This document shows positions 17,892 to 27,420 of a DNA stretch of 56,024 nt, piece after piece. This DNA comes from a virus: the IMG/VR virus record IMGVR_UViG_3300005336_000008. One strand, 5' to 3'. How positions within the stretch are numbered: the stretch's first letter is position 1; each line of letters opens with the position of its first letter. The notes under the pieces are model-generated. The model worked only from the letters and a program-made list of their open reading frames with translations. It searched no databases and was not told the origin of the DNA. The position numbers and the translations under genes are program-made.

Positions 17892-18096
17892 AAGTCACCA
17901 TTTTCTTATTAGTGCATCCCCACGTTACACAGCCAAATTTCCTTACACCATTAACTGTGTTGATGTTCCTCATGTACTGATTGCACTCATTGCAAATCGG
18001 CGGTTCAAATTCGACTAACTCCATTACTTCGATTTCTTCTACTTCATCCGTCCCATTAGTGACAAACTTCTTAACTTTCATCATCATACGGGCCAT
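17884..18096 (-). CDS. Small zinc-ribbon protein
   Basis: 70 aa with CNECNQ....CVTWGC. Confidence 0.5.
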   Translation of the reverse strand: MARMMMKVKKFVTNGTDEVEEIEVMELVEFEPPICNECNQYMRNINTVNGVRKFGCVTWGCTNKKMVTYE

Positions 18097-20276
18097 AATC
18101 TATACCCTCTTCCAGACGCTTTAATTGTAATCAATCCCCTTTCTTCTAATGTTGAGAACACGATTTTTGCAGGCACACTCTGTAGGTGTCTGCGTCGCAT
18201 GATTTCTGCGCGAGTGATTCCCGGCGTATTGCGAATCATTCTTAGAACACCTTGAATGAGTCTTTCTGATGTTGTTGTTCCCACATTTGACATCATATGA
18301 ACTGAATGTGGTGCCCACCGCTCAATGAAATGTGCAGCTTTGAGCACGTCTTGTAATTCGACTTTCACGATAAAGTCTTTTGGCTCTTGTCTAATAGCAG
18401 CTAGGAGTGTGGAGAACTTTAGCAAAGAAATCGCGATTCTTGAAAATGTTGGCAAAGCGACATTTGACTGTGATGATTCACTTGCTGTAGTTACCAACAG
18501 TTTCTCGATTTGCTGCATCTTTCCCCATGCTGCATCTGTTAATGTTGCTTCGACTTCTTTGCTGATCTGAGCATCTACACCGAAAATCTTTTGCTCAATA
18601 ACTTGAACTTGATAGTGTGAGATAATTTGTTCAAGATCGCTTTTTAAGGTATTCTTGATATCTTTTCCTGTGCTAACTGTTGGTGGTCCCATCCAGCGTA
18701 CATTATCAATATTCGACTCACCATTTACAACAAGGAAACGAGGCAAAAAGCCTGAGAAGAAAAACTGCTCATCTACAGTCTCGTACACTCTATCCTGAAT
18801 GCCTCCACCAAAGAAAATGAAAATCGGTCGTTTTACGCTGATCGTCTTTTTACTAAGCTGACGAATCATCACAGGAGGCACATCATAGAGTTGTGTTAAT
18901 GCTTCTGGCATTCCTGCGAGATATGTCTTGCTACTCATTGCGTGAAAGAATCCTGCGACTTCATCACGAAAGTAGATAGATACTTTTTCAGAACGTTGAT
19001 CTAATGAACCGAAAAGACCTTCTGCGGAGGAATCTTGTGTCGCCAAAATAGCTTCTGGAGTAAGTTCATGAACAAAATCCATAGCCATTTTCATTGCTGT
19101 AGTTTTTCGCGTGATCGTGCTTTCCCCTAATACAAGTCCCCACAGGTTAGGATACATTCTATCCCAAGACATTTCAATGTGAAGCTTGTCTGCAAGCAAT
19201 GACGACAACATAATCGCGCCGCAGAGTTCGTGGTAAATCTGATTCGCATCTGTTACCTTACTTGCCCATTCAACGTACTCATCGAAGAAAGTATTATCTT
19301 TGATTTTCTTTCGCTCTGAATCATCTAGAAGGGATGGGAACTCGAGATTTTCGTCTAATGCACCCGCGATGATTGCGAACGTTTTATCGATTGTTTCTGC
19401 ACGGAGAATGTCAAGCCATAAATGTGAAAGAGGACGTTTATCTCTTTCATATTTGTTACACTTAGCGGAGATAGCAACTATGAATGCCTCTTCACGAGAC
19501 ATTCCAACTTCAAAGAGAATTCGAATAAGTTGCCATAATACACCAGACCATTCACCTTCTGGTTCAACTGAGTACAGATTTGCAAAACCTGTTCGAGTTA
19601 GTGCATGACGATACTCGTGAATGATGAATTCTGGTGCAGGCAATTCATCGAGATTAGGCATATCAATATCATCAACGCCATGTTCCTTAAGCTCTTCAAT
19701 TAGAATTGCTTCGAATTCGGCTGCATCAACTCGTTCATCTGTTGCTGCGAGTATTCGTACTTCTGGTGTTGAGTCATACTTGAAGTTGAATGTATAAGGT
19801 ACTCGTAGAAGCTTAGTGAGTGCCCATCCCGAGTCCACCCCGTTGACACGATATTTAGAGAAGATCCTTTTCGAGTATTCTTCTGCAATCGATGGGGGTA
19901 CATCATCACCTAATTTCCATAGTGCTTGAAAACGATCAGGAGATGATTCAATAATAATTTGAGGTTTTGGATCAAGAAGAGAAGGATGACAAGTATCCAA
20001 ATCTGCCCATACAATGTCCATAGGCAGACAATTCTCTTTCTTGCGTTCTGGCTTATCTAGAAGATTGACCCCAAACCAAACATTCTTTGCAAGTGAACCT
20101 TCGATAAATTTTTGGATATCGCCTCTCTGCGAAGGCCACTTAAAGAATTGTTGATTAAATGCATCTTTGTGCCCATTCGCTGAAGGTTCACCTGTGCCAA
20201 TACAGATGTATCCATTACGATCCCCAAATACATAATCGAGGAATTGACGTCTTAGATCTGATTCTTTTGTAGGCAT
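18084..20276 (-). CDS. Primase-polymerase / helicase-like replication protein (DUF3987-type)
   Basis: 730 aa. The N-terminal prim-pol-like region carries NVWFGVNLL and VWADLD. The central region has a P-loop-like GESTITRKTTAMK. It lies in the replication block. Confidence 0.6.
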   Translation of the reverse strand: MPTKESDLRRQFLDYVFGDRNGYICIGTGEPSANGHKDAFNQQFFKWPSQRGDIQKFIEGSLAKNVWFGVNLLDKPERKKENCLPMDIVWADLDTCHPSLLDPKPQIIIESSPDRFQALWKLGDDVPPSIAEEYSKRIFSKYRVNGVDSGWALTKLLRVPYTFNFKYDSTPEVRILAATDERVDAAEFEAILIEELKEHGVDDIDMPNLDELPAPEFIIHEYRHALTRTGFANLYSVEPEGEWSGVLWQLIRILFEVGMSREEAFIVAISAKCNKYERDKRPLSHLWLDILRAETIDKTFAIIAGALDENLEFPSLLDDSERKKIKDNTFFDEYVEWASKVTDANQIYHELCGAIMLSSLLADKLHIEMSWDRMYPNLWGLVLGESTITRKTTAMKMAMDFVHELTPEAILATQDSSAEGLFGSLDQRSEKVSIYFRDEVAGFFHAMSSKTYLAGMPEALTQLYDVPPVMIRQLSKKTISVKRPIFIFFGGGIQDRVYETVDEQFFFSGFLPRFLVVNGESNIDNVRWMGPPTVSTGKDIKNTLKSDLEQIISHYQVQVIEQKIFGVDAQISKEVEATLTDAAWGKMQQIEKLLVTTASESSQSNVALPTFSRIAISLLKFSTLLAAIRQEPKDFIVKVELQDVLKAAHFIERWAPHSVHMMSNVGTTTSERLIQGVLRMIRNTPGITRAEIMRRRHLQSVPAKIVFSTLEERGLITIKASGRGYRLWPV

Positions 20277-20581
20277 TATCCCGTCAAGATTTCTTTAGCC
20301 TGCTCTTTAAGATCATCAAGTAATTTAACGAATTCCTGCGCGTCGATAATCAGTTGATTCTTTGACTCACGAAATCTGGTTGAACTTGAATCAATGCGCT
20401 CGGAAATCTCTACTAATCTGATTGCTGTTTCCTTTAAACTTGAAGAAGGTTTTTGCTTATGTACTCTCAACTGTGCTTTTTCGGCACGATGTGTTTTACA
20501 CAAAAATGCGTAAGCACCTTTATTGACAAAGCTAGTGCCTTCGCATCCATTTATTTTACATGGGAAAGTTTCAAGTGTCAT
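20276..20581 (-). CDS. Hypothetical protein with an N-terminal Cys/His cluster
   Basis: 101-aa ORF with C..C....C..H near the N-terminus. Its stop overlaps the primase start. Confidence 0.55.
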   Translation of the reverse strand: MTLETFPCKINGCEGTSFVNKGAYAFLCKTHRAEKAQLRVHKQKPSSSLKETAIRLVEISERIDSSSTRFRESKNQLIIDAQEFVKLLDDLKEQAKEILTG

Positions 20582-20588
20582 AAGAGTA

Positions 20589-20628
20589 ATGCAGGGAGTA
20601 GGCCAGCGACGAATCCTACTCCCTGCAT
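20589..20628 (-). terminator. Perfect 14-bp hairpin (ATGCAGGGAGTAGG / CCTACTCCCTGCAT). Terminator or attenuator after the DUF669-like gene.
   Basis: Read directly from the sequence, with a 12-nt loop. It lies between the stop at 20639 and the next start at 20581. Confidence 0.5.
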
Positions 20629-20638
20629 CTTTTAGAGG

Positions 20639-21166
20639 TTAGACTAGCTGCGGGCTTCCGTTACCGTTTGCATCATACGGCTTGAAACCCTTAACCTCAT
20701 TATCCATGACGCCTTCCTCAGCGCCCCACTTCTGCTTCTGTCCTACAACTACGAGAATATCCTTACCCTTGATTTCATCGAAATCGGGATCGAAATCGCC
20801 GGACAGGATTTCTTCCTCGCTGTATCCTACGCACTTGAAGAACTGACCAAGAATTCGGTCCATTACCTTCTTGTGCTCATACGGCTTTCCACCGACCTTT
20901 GCAGGAGCGATGATTAGCTGACGGAACAGACGACGATTATGCACCTTTACAGTATCGCCGTCTGCGTCCTCTCTATCCTCATCTTCTACCTTGAACTGAA
21001 CGTTAATCATAGGAGTGCCCTTCGGAAGAACCGAAGTGTCACTACCCTTAGTCTGCTTCATTTCCATCTTGAACACAGTACAATGATACGTTCCAGATGG
21101 AATTGCATCGAAATCGCCACCGCTCAAATCAGCACCAGCGAGGTTAAGTCCTAGTCCTTCACCCAT
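20639..21166 (-). CDS. DUF669-like putative ssDNA-binding protein. I moved the start to the ATG at 21166.
   Basis: AAGGAG lies 10 nt upstream of the ATG at 21166. It is the gene next to the Sak4-like ATPase, as in many phages. Its codon usage is GC3-rich, which suggests high expression. Confidence 0.5.
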   Translation of the reverse strand: MGEGLGLNLAGADLSGGDFDAIPSGTYHCTVFKMEMKQTKGSDTSVLPKGTPMINVQFKVEDEDREDADGDTVKVHNRRLFRQLIIAPAKVGGKPYEHKKVMDRILGQFFKCVGYSEEEILSGDFDPDFDEIKGKDILVVVGQKQKWGAEEGVMDNEVKGFKPYDANGNGSPQLV

Positions 21167-21213
21167 CAGTTTATTACTCCTTAGCGTATATAGCGTGTAT
21201 AGCCGGATAGCGT

Positions 21214-22014
21214 TCAAGCAGCAATTTTAGACTGTTGAACGAACTCCCATATCATTGGCATTGTTGGCATTTCCAGAATTCCGGGCACATCATCTGGCTT
21301 ATTGCGCCATTTAGCTTTAACTCGCTTAGTTCCCGAAATCTGCATCGTTACATAAGGAGTGTCTTTCCCTTCTACCTTCTTATTCTCCTTCTGCATGTAA
21401 CCAACGATATCGAAGTAACCACTAAACTCTGACTTCATAAAGCCTGAGAGTTTAGGAAAGTACCGTGTTATGTCTGTAGTTTCGTCTGTATATTCTCCTC
21501 TCCATGCTGTCCAAACTGTGTGAAGTGGTAAATCTCTGAGCGAGATTACACAACGTCGTAGTCTCTTTCCGATCTTGCCCCATTCACGTGGAGACGGCAC
21601 ATCAATATCTACTGTATCCCCACGAGACTTTGCAATCGCAAGTTTCTTAGCCTCTTGCATTACTGTATCAATATCGAGGCTTTGTAGCTCCGTTGCATTG
21701 TCAATAATTAAACCTTTATAGTACGGTTTGTCGGAGTAGCAATCATCCTGCAAAAGCTTAACTGTTTTTTCTAGTTCATCAATACTACGAATTTCTTTAG
21801 CTTCGTAGTTCTTACGATATGCTACTGTTAGAAGCCCTTGTTCAAATCCTAGATGGAGAACAGGACTCAAATCTTTGTGATCTTGCATTGTACCGGCAAG
21901 ATATGTCTTGCCTGAATCCGGTTCACCGTATGCAAGGACATTTAGATGTTTCGTTAATTCATGAAAGTCCTGCAAGCCAAGTTGTTGCCTAATATCAACT
22001 GTCGTCGTTGCCAA
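21214..22014 (-). CDS. RecA-fold ATPase, Sak4 / AAA_24-like
   Basis: The Walker A motif is AYGEPDSGKTY. 266 aa. It is in the conserved position before the DUF669-like and primase genes. Confidence 0.7.
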   Translation of the reverse strand: MATTTVDIRQQLGLQDFHELTKHLNVLAYGEPDSGKTYLAGTMQDHKDLSPVLHLGFEQGLLTVAYRKNYEAKEIRSIDELEKTVKLLQDDCYSDKPYYKGLIIDNATELQSLDIDTVMQEAKKLAIAKSRGDTVDIDVPSPREWGKIGKRLRRCVISLRDLPLHTVWTAWRGEYTDETTDITRYFPKLSGFMKSEFSGYFDIVGYMQKENKKVEGKDTPYVTMQISGTKRVKAKWRNKPDDVPGILEMPTMPMIWEFVQQSKIAA

Positions 22015-22219
22015 CGTTTTTCCAATCGTCCCAAATCTTCTTTAATTCTGTACGATGTTCTTCGCGTAGCTTCTGAATCTGAGGTAGATATTTATCGTTT
22101 ACAGCTTTGATCTTTCTATCTCTATCAGCTTTAGTTGCTTCACGCGCTTCAATATTTCTTCTTCTTTGTGTCTGTCTAGCAAGAAGTTCTCTGTGTCGTT
22201 TATCTGACTTGCTTTCCAT
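21995..22219 (-). CDS. Hypothetical charged coiled-coil protein. I trimmed the start to the ATG at 22219.
   Basis: The track gives 21995..22246. The ATG at 22219 (MESKSDKRH...) forms a TAATG junction with the upstream DUF1508-like ORF. Confidence 0.5.
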   Translation of the reverse strand: MESKSDKRHRELLARQTQRRRNIEAREATKADRDRKIKAVNDKYLPQIQKLREEHRTELKKIWDDWKNVGNDDS

Positions 22220-22392
22220 TAATATCCTCGTTCTGTCCAAGTCCACATTGGGAAATACTTTTGATGGAGTGTTTCAATATCTGACTTATTATGATATCCT
22301 TCACTAGCAGCGATGATTTCGTTATTGCCTTTGCTCTTTAAATGGAAATACCATAGATTATTTGTAACGCTATGGAATACTTCAAAAATCAT
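22219..22392 (-). CDS. YegP/DUF1508-like small protein (57 aa), missed by the 60-aa cutoff
   Basis: MIFEVFHSVTNNLWYFHLKSKGNNEIIAASEGYHNKSDIETL... fits the DUF1508 pattern. It has an ATGA overlap with the upstream gene. Confidence 0.6.
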   Translation of the reverse strand: MIFEVFHSVTNNLWYFHLKSKGNNEIIAASEGYHNKSDIETLHQKYFPMWTWTERGY

Positions 22393-22634
22393 TTCTCTAC
22401 TCCCATTGCGATCAGCATGTCATTCATTCTATTCAAGCAATGAACTGAGCAGTATGGAATGCCTTGTAGCTTATAACGTGTTGGTGATCCACAACCTCTA
22501 CTTGCACACCGCATTTCTGAATCAAAGAAACGAAATGGTCCGTTTTGCGTTGGTCTAGGATAACGACTTTCTACTTGATCTGGTTCTTCAACAAGAAGCT
22601 CTTGTAAGAAATCAATATCCGTGAGGGAATTCAT
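22389..22634 (-). CDS. Small Cys-rich protein with an N-terminal DIDFLQELL motif
   Basis: 81-aa ORF. It shares an N-terminal motif with 31446..31847. Confidence 0.55.
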   Translation of the reverse strand: MNSLTDIDFLQELLVEEPDQVESRYPRPTQNGPFRFFDSEMRCASRGCGSPTRYKLQGIPYCSVHCLNRMNDMLIAMGVEK

Positions 22635-22965
22635 CTACCCATCCTCGTCGTATAGCCTCGTAGAATTCCACACAAGGTCCGTCATTGCGATTGTAGTTAA
22701 CAATGCGCGGATTCATTTCGGCTCTTTTTAGACCAGATGCAACTTCAAGAATTGTGTCATCATCCTTCTCTTCCCAAATCACAATAAAATGATCGCCTAC
22801 CTGAGCGTGTGAAATGAGTTGATTGCATCCAGCGCATGTATATGGATTAATTGCTACACACCAAAAATCATCATAACCTGCATCTGTATAATTTAGCATT
22901 GGATCAACGAGTTGATCTAATGCTTCGATTAGAGCTGGATTATTTGTTACGATAACTGTGCCCAT
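22612..22965 (-). CDS. Hypothetical protein
   Basis: 117-aa ORF in the same-strand array. Confidence 0.6.
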   Translation of the reverse strand: MGTVIVTNNPALIEALDQLVDPMLNYTDAGYDDFWCVAINPYTCAGCNQLISHAQVGDHFIVIWEEKDDDTILEVASGLKRAEMNPRIVNYNRNDGPCVEFYEAIRRGWVDEFPHGY

Positions 22966-24275
22966 TATCTATCAAAGTTCTTCTCGTATCCGTCTTTAAT
23001 CATATCTTCCCAATCCCAACCTGATTCAACTGCGAGACAAGGCCCACGGAATCGGCATTTAAGACATGAATAGTCTTTAGTAGGATTGGGATAGATACGA
23101 GGATTATCGAGCATATCCATTGCTTCCATATACAAGCGCAAACCTGCATTCGCTTTTTGATGTGCATTGCGAGTTACAGGATGCCGCTGAATAAATTGCT
23201 TTTCGCCTTGCTCAACAAGATACGTGTAGTATGCTTGCATCTTTTCGTCGGACTGGAAGTAACTTGTCAGTCCGAGTTCTTTGATTGTTTCAGCAAAAAG
23301 ATAAGGTGTGGTACTTTCCGTCGCCTTGTTGAGTGAAGGCAATCCTCTAGTTGTAATACTAGGTGGACGTGGGTATGCTTTTCTCAAAGCTTGATACACA
23401 ATGCCAGCTATATTTTTATATGGCAAGTCATACATTTGTGCTTCCACTTCGGCGGCCCAAATGTATGTTGTGCACTGTTCGTCTAAATCTGTATGATCGA
23501 AGTAGTCGTCTTTAATCGTATCAGCAGTTTTGTGGTCGATAATTGCGTAATTACCTGTCGAGTTACCGTGAACGATTAAGTCCATTCGACCGCGTGCATG
23601 AACTTGCTTCATTACACCTGTATACGGATAATCTTCTGCACCATCTTTTGGTGAAGGAATCATCAGTGGACCAAAAGCATTTTCTGCTTCTTTCGGTTCC
23701 CAATCTTCTGGCATTTGCCGTGCATCATACATATACAGAGGCTTGCCTGTTGTGGGATCAAGAATGGGAACACTGAAAAGATGTTCTGACGCAATTACCT
23801 CGAAGTCGTCATTGCGTTCTGCATACTCTTTGTAGAACTTCATCATACCGAGTCCAATTGTATGATGCAGTTCAAACGCTTCATAGTCAGGATCGGGTAG
23901 AACATCTTTCAATCCCTCAATTGTCCATTTACCGTTTTGTTCATGAGGGAATCTATCAGCGAATTCATCTACTTCACTTTCCTTGATTTCACCACCATTC
24001 CACTGGAGGTTAAACCAAGCATCAAAAGTTACTTCTGGGTCTTGTTTCAAAACAGGATTATAATAATGTTGTAGAGCATGGTGAATTCCCGTTCCAAACC
24101 AGAACGGGAAATAGATACCATAAATTGTTACTTTCGGAATCAGATTTTGATGAGCTGGACTAGACCAAACCCATCGTCTACGACACTGTTTAAATGTCGC
24201 GCGATCCGAAGTATGAATCGGAATAATATCGTATTTATCGGGTACTTCAATTTTGTCTAACGTCGCTGTAGACAC
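22965..24275 (-). CDS. PD-(D/E)XK (RecB/Cas4-like) exonuclease with Cys cluster residues. GTG start.
   Basis: It has an IIDHKT motif, an N-terminal FKQCRRRW and a C-terminal CLKCRFRGPC. 436 aa. It is the first gene behind the promoter at 24306..24334. Confidence 0.6.
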   Translation of the reverse strand: MSTATLDKIEVPDKYDIIPIHTSDRATFKQCRRRWVWSSPAHQNLIPKVTIYGIYFPFWFGTGIHHALQHYYNPVLKQDPEVTFDAWFNLQWNGGEIKESEVDEFADRFPHEQNGKWTIEGLKDVLPDPDYEAFELHHTIGLGMMKFYKEYAERNDDFEVIASEHLFSVPILDPTTGKPLYMYDARQMPEDWEPKEAENAFGPLMIPSPKDGAEDYPYTGVMKQVHARGRMDLIVHGNSTGNYAIIDHKTADTIKDDYFDHTDLDEQCTTYIWAAEVEAQMYDLPYKNIAGIVYQALRKAYPRPPSITTRGLPSLNKATESTTPYLFAETIKELGLTSYFQSDEKMQAYYTYLVEQGEKQFIQRHPVTRNAHQKANAGLRLYMEAMDMLDNPRIYPNPTKDYSCLKCRFRGPCLAVESGWDWEDMIKDGYEKNFDR

Positions 24276-24305
24276 ACTATACCTTTTGCGGTTGCAGGAG
24301 GCGAT

Positions 24306-24334
24306 AGCCTAGCACATACATTGAGGTTTGTCAA
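24306..24334 (-). promoter_or_regulatory. Sigma70-like promoter, TTGACA-N17-TAGGCT, with a TGc extended -10
   Basis: The -35 is at 24334..24329 and the -10 is at 24311..24306, in the gap between 24361 and 24275. Confidence 0.6.
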
Positions 24335-24360
24335 GAGCAAAATGTTGGAAAGCACGCAAG

Positions 24361-24771
24361 TCATTCTTCCTCAAAATGACTAAATGGTGGTTCGTCCACA
24401 ACTCGGTATTTGCGGCTAATCTTCACTAGAGCAAAATTATTGAATTCATGTGGAAGCCCTAAAGCCAACATAATTGATTCAGCTACTTCTTCCCTTGTCC
24501 ATCTATGTTTCCCTTTGAGAATATTAGCGATTGTATGATAAGAGACATTCGCATGATCGGCAAGGGCATAAATTGAGCCATTGTTATCCTTGTATGTTTG
24601 AATGAAAGGAACCAAACAATTTGTCTGAACAAATAGACCGCTATATGTTAAACGATGATGATTACCTTTAGGACGTTCAGCATTCTTAATCTTAGTTTTG
24701 AGATTGCGAATTTCTTGATTGATAAAAACTCGCATATTCTCTAACTGAGCTAAACGTTCGTCGTCTGTCAT
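24361..24771 (-). CDS. Putative helix-turn-helix DNA-binding protein
   Basis: 136 aa. An N-terminal coiled coil is followed by YALADHANVSYHTIANILKGKH, which is HTH-like. Confidence 0.45.
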   Translation of the reverse strand: MTDDERLAQLENMRVFINQEIRNLKTKIKNAERPKGNHHRLTYSGLFVQTNCLVPFIQTYKDNNGSIYALADHANVSYHTIANILKGKHRWTREEVAESIMLALGLPHEFNNFALVKISRKYRVVDEPPFSHFEEE

Positions 24772-25187
24772 GGAGCAGGATAAGTCTTAAGCTGATCGAG
24801 TGCCTCAGGGAGATACATCATTTGTGAAACGAATCCTCTAGCAAGAGTAGTTCTAGGATCGGTATAAAACACATTATTGATACTCGCATGAATCAATGCA
24901 GTAGCACAACAAGCACAAGGAACAGCAGCAACAAAATTTCCAGACTTACGAGCGATGCCAGCAATATAAACGCAAGCTCCATCTAACTTACCACGCTTAT
25001 GTCGTAAGTTGAAAAGTGCATGAAGCTCTGCGTGCATAGAATACAACTGACGCATCCTCCACGTTCCAGAATGCTGAAAACCTTTAGCAATAATTTCACC
25101 ATTCTGTACTACTACACAACCCATCATATAACGCTTATGCGTTGAACGCTCTGCAACCTTAATCGCTTCTGTCATGAACTCACTCAT
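24768..25187 (-). CDS. dCMP / cytidine deaminase-fold zinc enzyme
   Basis: It has the HAELHAL and PCACCATAL zinc-binding motifs. 139 aa. Confidence 0.85.
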   Translation of the reverse strand: MSEFMTEAIKVAERSTHKRYMMGCVVVQNGEIIAKGFQHSGTWRMRQLYSMHAELHALFNLRHKRGKLDGACVYIAGIARKSGNFVAAVPCACCATALIHASINNVFYTDPRTTLARGFVSQMMYLPEALDQLKTYPAP

Positions 25188-25396
25188 GGTTCTCTCGCTG
25201 TTAATGCTTCATAAGCCTTTTTACGACCGTTTGGAAATCTTAATTCTGACGCCATTTCAGAACTTGCAGAACCGTCGAAATACTGAACAATCACTTCTCC
25301 GAGTCCTGCTGAATTCCACTTAGTCGCGCTTCCTACAATAAAACCTGCTTCGTTTGCTACTAGAAATGGACTCTGAGGATCGAAATCTCTTTTCAT
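25184..25396 (-). CDS. Hypothetical protein
   Basis: 70-aa ORF that is overlap-coupled to its neighbours. Confidence 0.55.
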   Translation of the reverse strand: MKRDFDPQSPFLVANEAGFIVGSATKWNSAGLGEVIVQYFDGSASSEMASELRFPNGRKKAYEALTAREP

Positions 25397-25563
25397 ACCG
25401 AACGACCATGCTTTCTGCGCTTTCGATTGACTGTGCTCTTGTGCTTATTTAGATAACGCTCTCGTTTGTCTCTTGTGGAATTCTGACGCAAACCCTTCGG
25501 TTTGTTTCTGTCCATAAAGCGGTGAGTGTTCTCATCCGGCTTAGTTTCGTATTTTCTAGCCAT
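25393..25563 (-). CDS. Small, very basic ORF (56 aa), below the track cutoff
   Basis: MARKYETKPDENTHRFMDRNKPKGLRQNSTRDKRERYLNKHKSTVNRKRRKHGRSV. It fills the gap and has an ATGA overlap with the downstream gene. Confidence 0.5.
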   Translation of the reverse strand: MARKYETKPDENTHRFMDRNKPKGLRQNSTRDKRERYLNKHKSTVNRKRRKHGRSV

Positions 25564-25774
25564 GTGTTCTGCCTGTTCTCTGATTGTGTAGATGTTGAAT
25601 AATTTGCAAACACAAATCTTCTACTGCTTCATCAACTGAATTACCGGAACCATTCCTCACGGGATAGTCACAAGACTGAGCAATGTATCTCTTACCAAGA
25701 ATCGGTACTTCTTCCATTTCAAACGTAGCAATAATAATCTTCAGTTCACTGAGCTTCATAGCATCTTGCTCCAA
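25556..25774 (-). CDS. Hypothetical protein
   Basis: 72-aa ORF that overlaps the 3' end of the SNF2 gene. Confidence 0.55.
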   Translation of the reverse strand: MEQDAMKLSELKIIIATFEMEEVPILGKRYIAQSCDYPVRNGSGNSVDEAVEDLCLQIIQHLHNQRTGRTHG

Positions 25775-27420
25775 TGAGAGGCTTCGTTCCAGTTCTCTTT
25801 GTCCTCTAGTTCGATTGGATCTTTATCTCCGAAGATTGCATTGAACCAGTCTAGCTTTTCTTCATTCGTATCAAGCATTCTCTGATCGACTGTATCTTCT
25901 GCAAAGAAGCGCAAAACAATAGGTGCGCCTTTTGATACATCAAAGCCAGGACGCCATACTCTTGCAATTGCCTGTTCATTATTCATTGGCGCCCAATCAA
26001 GATCAAGCAATGCAACATAACTTGCAGAAGTCAAGTCGATTGATTCCCCACCAAGCTTGATTGTACTGAGAAATACCTGATGGTTCTTCTTAGGGAATTC
26101 AACTCCCCACTTTAGATATCTTTGCGAATCGTTGTCATTTACGCGGAGACGCATCCATTTGATTCCTACGTTATCTAGTCGTGCTTGCAGCAAATCAAGT
26201 GGATCATTGAAGTTAGAGAAAACAACAATTTGCTGTTTATCTTCATCGTCCCACTGTAGACCATCAATGATTTCCATCAATGCATCAAGCTTAGCGGAAG
26301 GATCAATCAGGCGAATCTTGATTACACGTCTTTCTTCCTTTTCACTCCACTCGTCACTAATTACATCTGGTGTACCAACGCAAATCTGACGCAATCTCTG
26401 CAACTGCGAGAGAACATTAGGTGAGTGCAATGGTTCACCTTTTTGATCCAATAGTCTTAGTTCATATTTAATCTGATCGTACATACTGCGCTGAACTTTG
26501 TTTAGCTCAACGTAGATATCCTCAAAGATTGGCTCCGTAAGATCAGGGAATACTTCGAGCTTAGTGCGTCGTGGACCGAATCGCTTTCTAAGCTCTCTGA
26601 ACTCAGGAATCTTATTTCGCTTAAGTCCAGTGATTGTACGATAACCGTTCCACGCATCTTCCTCACAAAACTCAGCACGGAATTTCCAGTGATCCGTAAA
26701 TTCATCTGGTTCGAGGAAGTTGAGCAATGACCAAAATTCATCAGGACGATTTACGAATCCTGAACCTGTCATGATATACTTGTAACGAGTCTTTAGCTTC
26801 TTGATGTTAACAGTCCATTTCGCATCTGGATTCTTAATTCTGTGGCCTTCATCAAGTGCCACCAAATCCCATTCTCGTTCAAGTAGAGAATCTGCGATAG
26901 AGGGCTTCTTTGGAATCTTTCCTTCTCCATCACACACAAAACATGGCATAAGGAAATCTTCTGATAAACCGCGTCCATCACACTCTTTACACTCATCGAA
27001 CTTATTGATATTACTGCGAGAAAACAATGGGTAGTGCGTCACAACAACATGAGGAAAATCAATTGTTGGAGCAAGACCCTTAGCCTTACCAATCTTGATT
27101 TGCATTCCATTGAGAATTAGATAGAAACCATCAGCCTTGTAATTGATGATTTGCCACTCTGATCCAATTGTCTTTGGAATGTCTCTAAAGTACGCACCCT
27201 TACCTGATGCAGTTGTGATAACTAGAACTCGAGGATTTTCCAATCCTTTGAGTTTTTCTTCCATGCGCCACAAAAAGGAAGAAGTCTTAAAACATCCCAT
27301 TTGTGACCAATCAGCAGCATTGTCAAGATGACTGTATTCAGCCCTATCTTCAAGCTGCCAATATGAGGGTGTTAGCAATTCAGTCATTTCATTCCTTAAT
27401 TGGAATTCTCCCTCTGCCAC
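25756..27420 (-). CDS. SNF2-family helicase/translocase with an inserted DnaJ-type CxxCxGxG zinc finger
   Basis: Motif II is LDEGHRIKN and motif VI is QAIARVWRPG. The insert is CKECDGRG...CFVCDGEG at about 26920..26991. Confidence 0.85.
   Translation of the reverse strand: MAEGEFQLRNEMTELLTPSYWQLEDRAEYSHLDNAADWSQMGCFKTSSFLWRMEEKLKGLENPRVLVITTASGKGAYFRDIPKTIGSEWQIINYKADGFYLILNGMQIKIGKAKGLAPTIDFPHVVVTHYPLFSRSNINKFDECKECDGRGLSEDFLMPCFVCDGEGKIPKKPSIADSLLEREWDLVALDEGHRIKNPDAKWTVNIKKLKTRYKYIMTGSGFVNRPDEFWSLLNFLEPDEFTDHWKFRAEFCEEDAWNGYRTITGLKRNKIPEFRELRKRFGPRRTKLEVFPDLTEPIFEDIYVELNKVQRSMYDQIKYELRLLDQKGEPLHSPNVLSQLQRLRQICVGTPDVISDEWSEKEERRVIKIRLIDPSAKLDALMEIIDGLQWDDEDKQQIVVFSNFNDPLDLLQARLDNVGIKWMRLRVNDNDSQRYLKWGVEFPKKNHQVFLSTIKLGGESIDLTSASYVALLDLDWAPMNNEQAIARVWRPGFDVSKGAPIVLRFFAEDTVDQRMLDTNEEKLDWFNAIFGDKDPIELEDKENWNEASHWSKML

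Noticed and set aside
20639-21217. Upstream start at 21217 for the DUF669-like gene
   Set aside because: The first 17 codons (MNAIRLYTLYTLRSNKL) run through the intergenic region. The ATG at 21166 has a consensus AAGGAG at ideal spacing.
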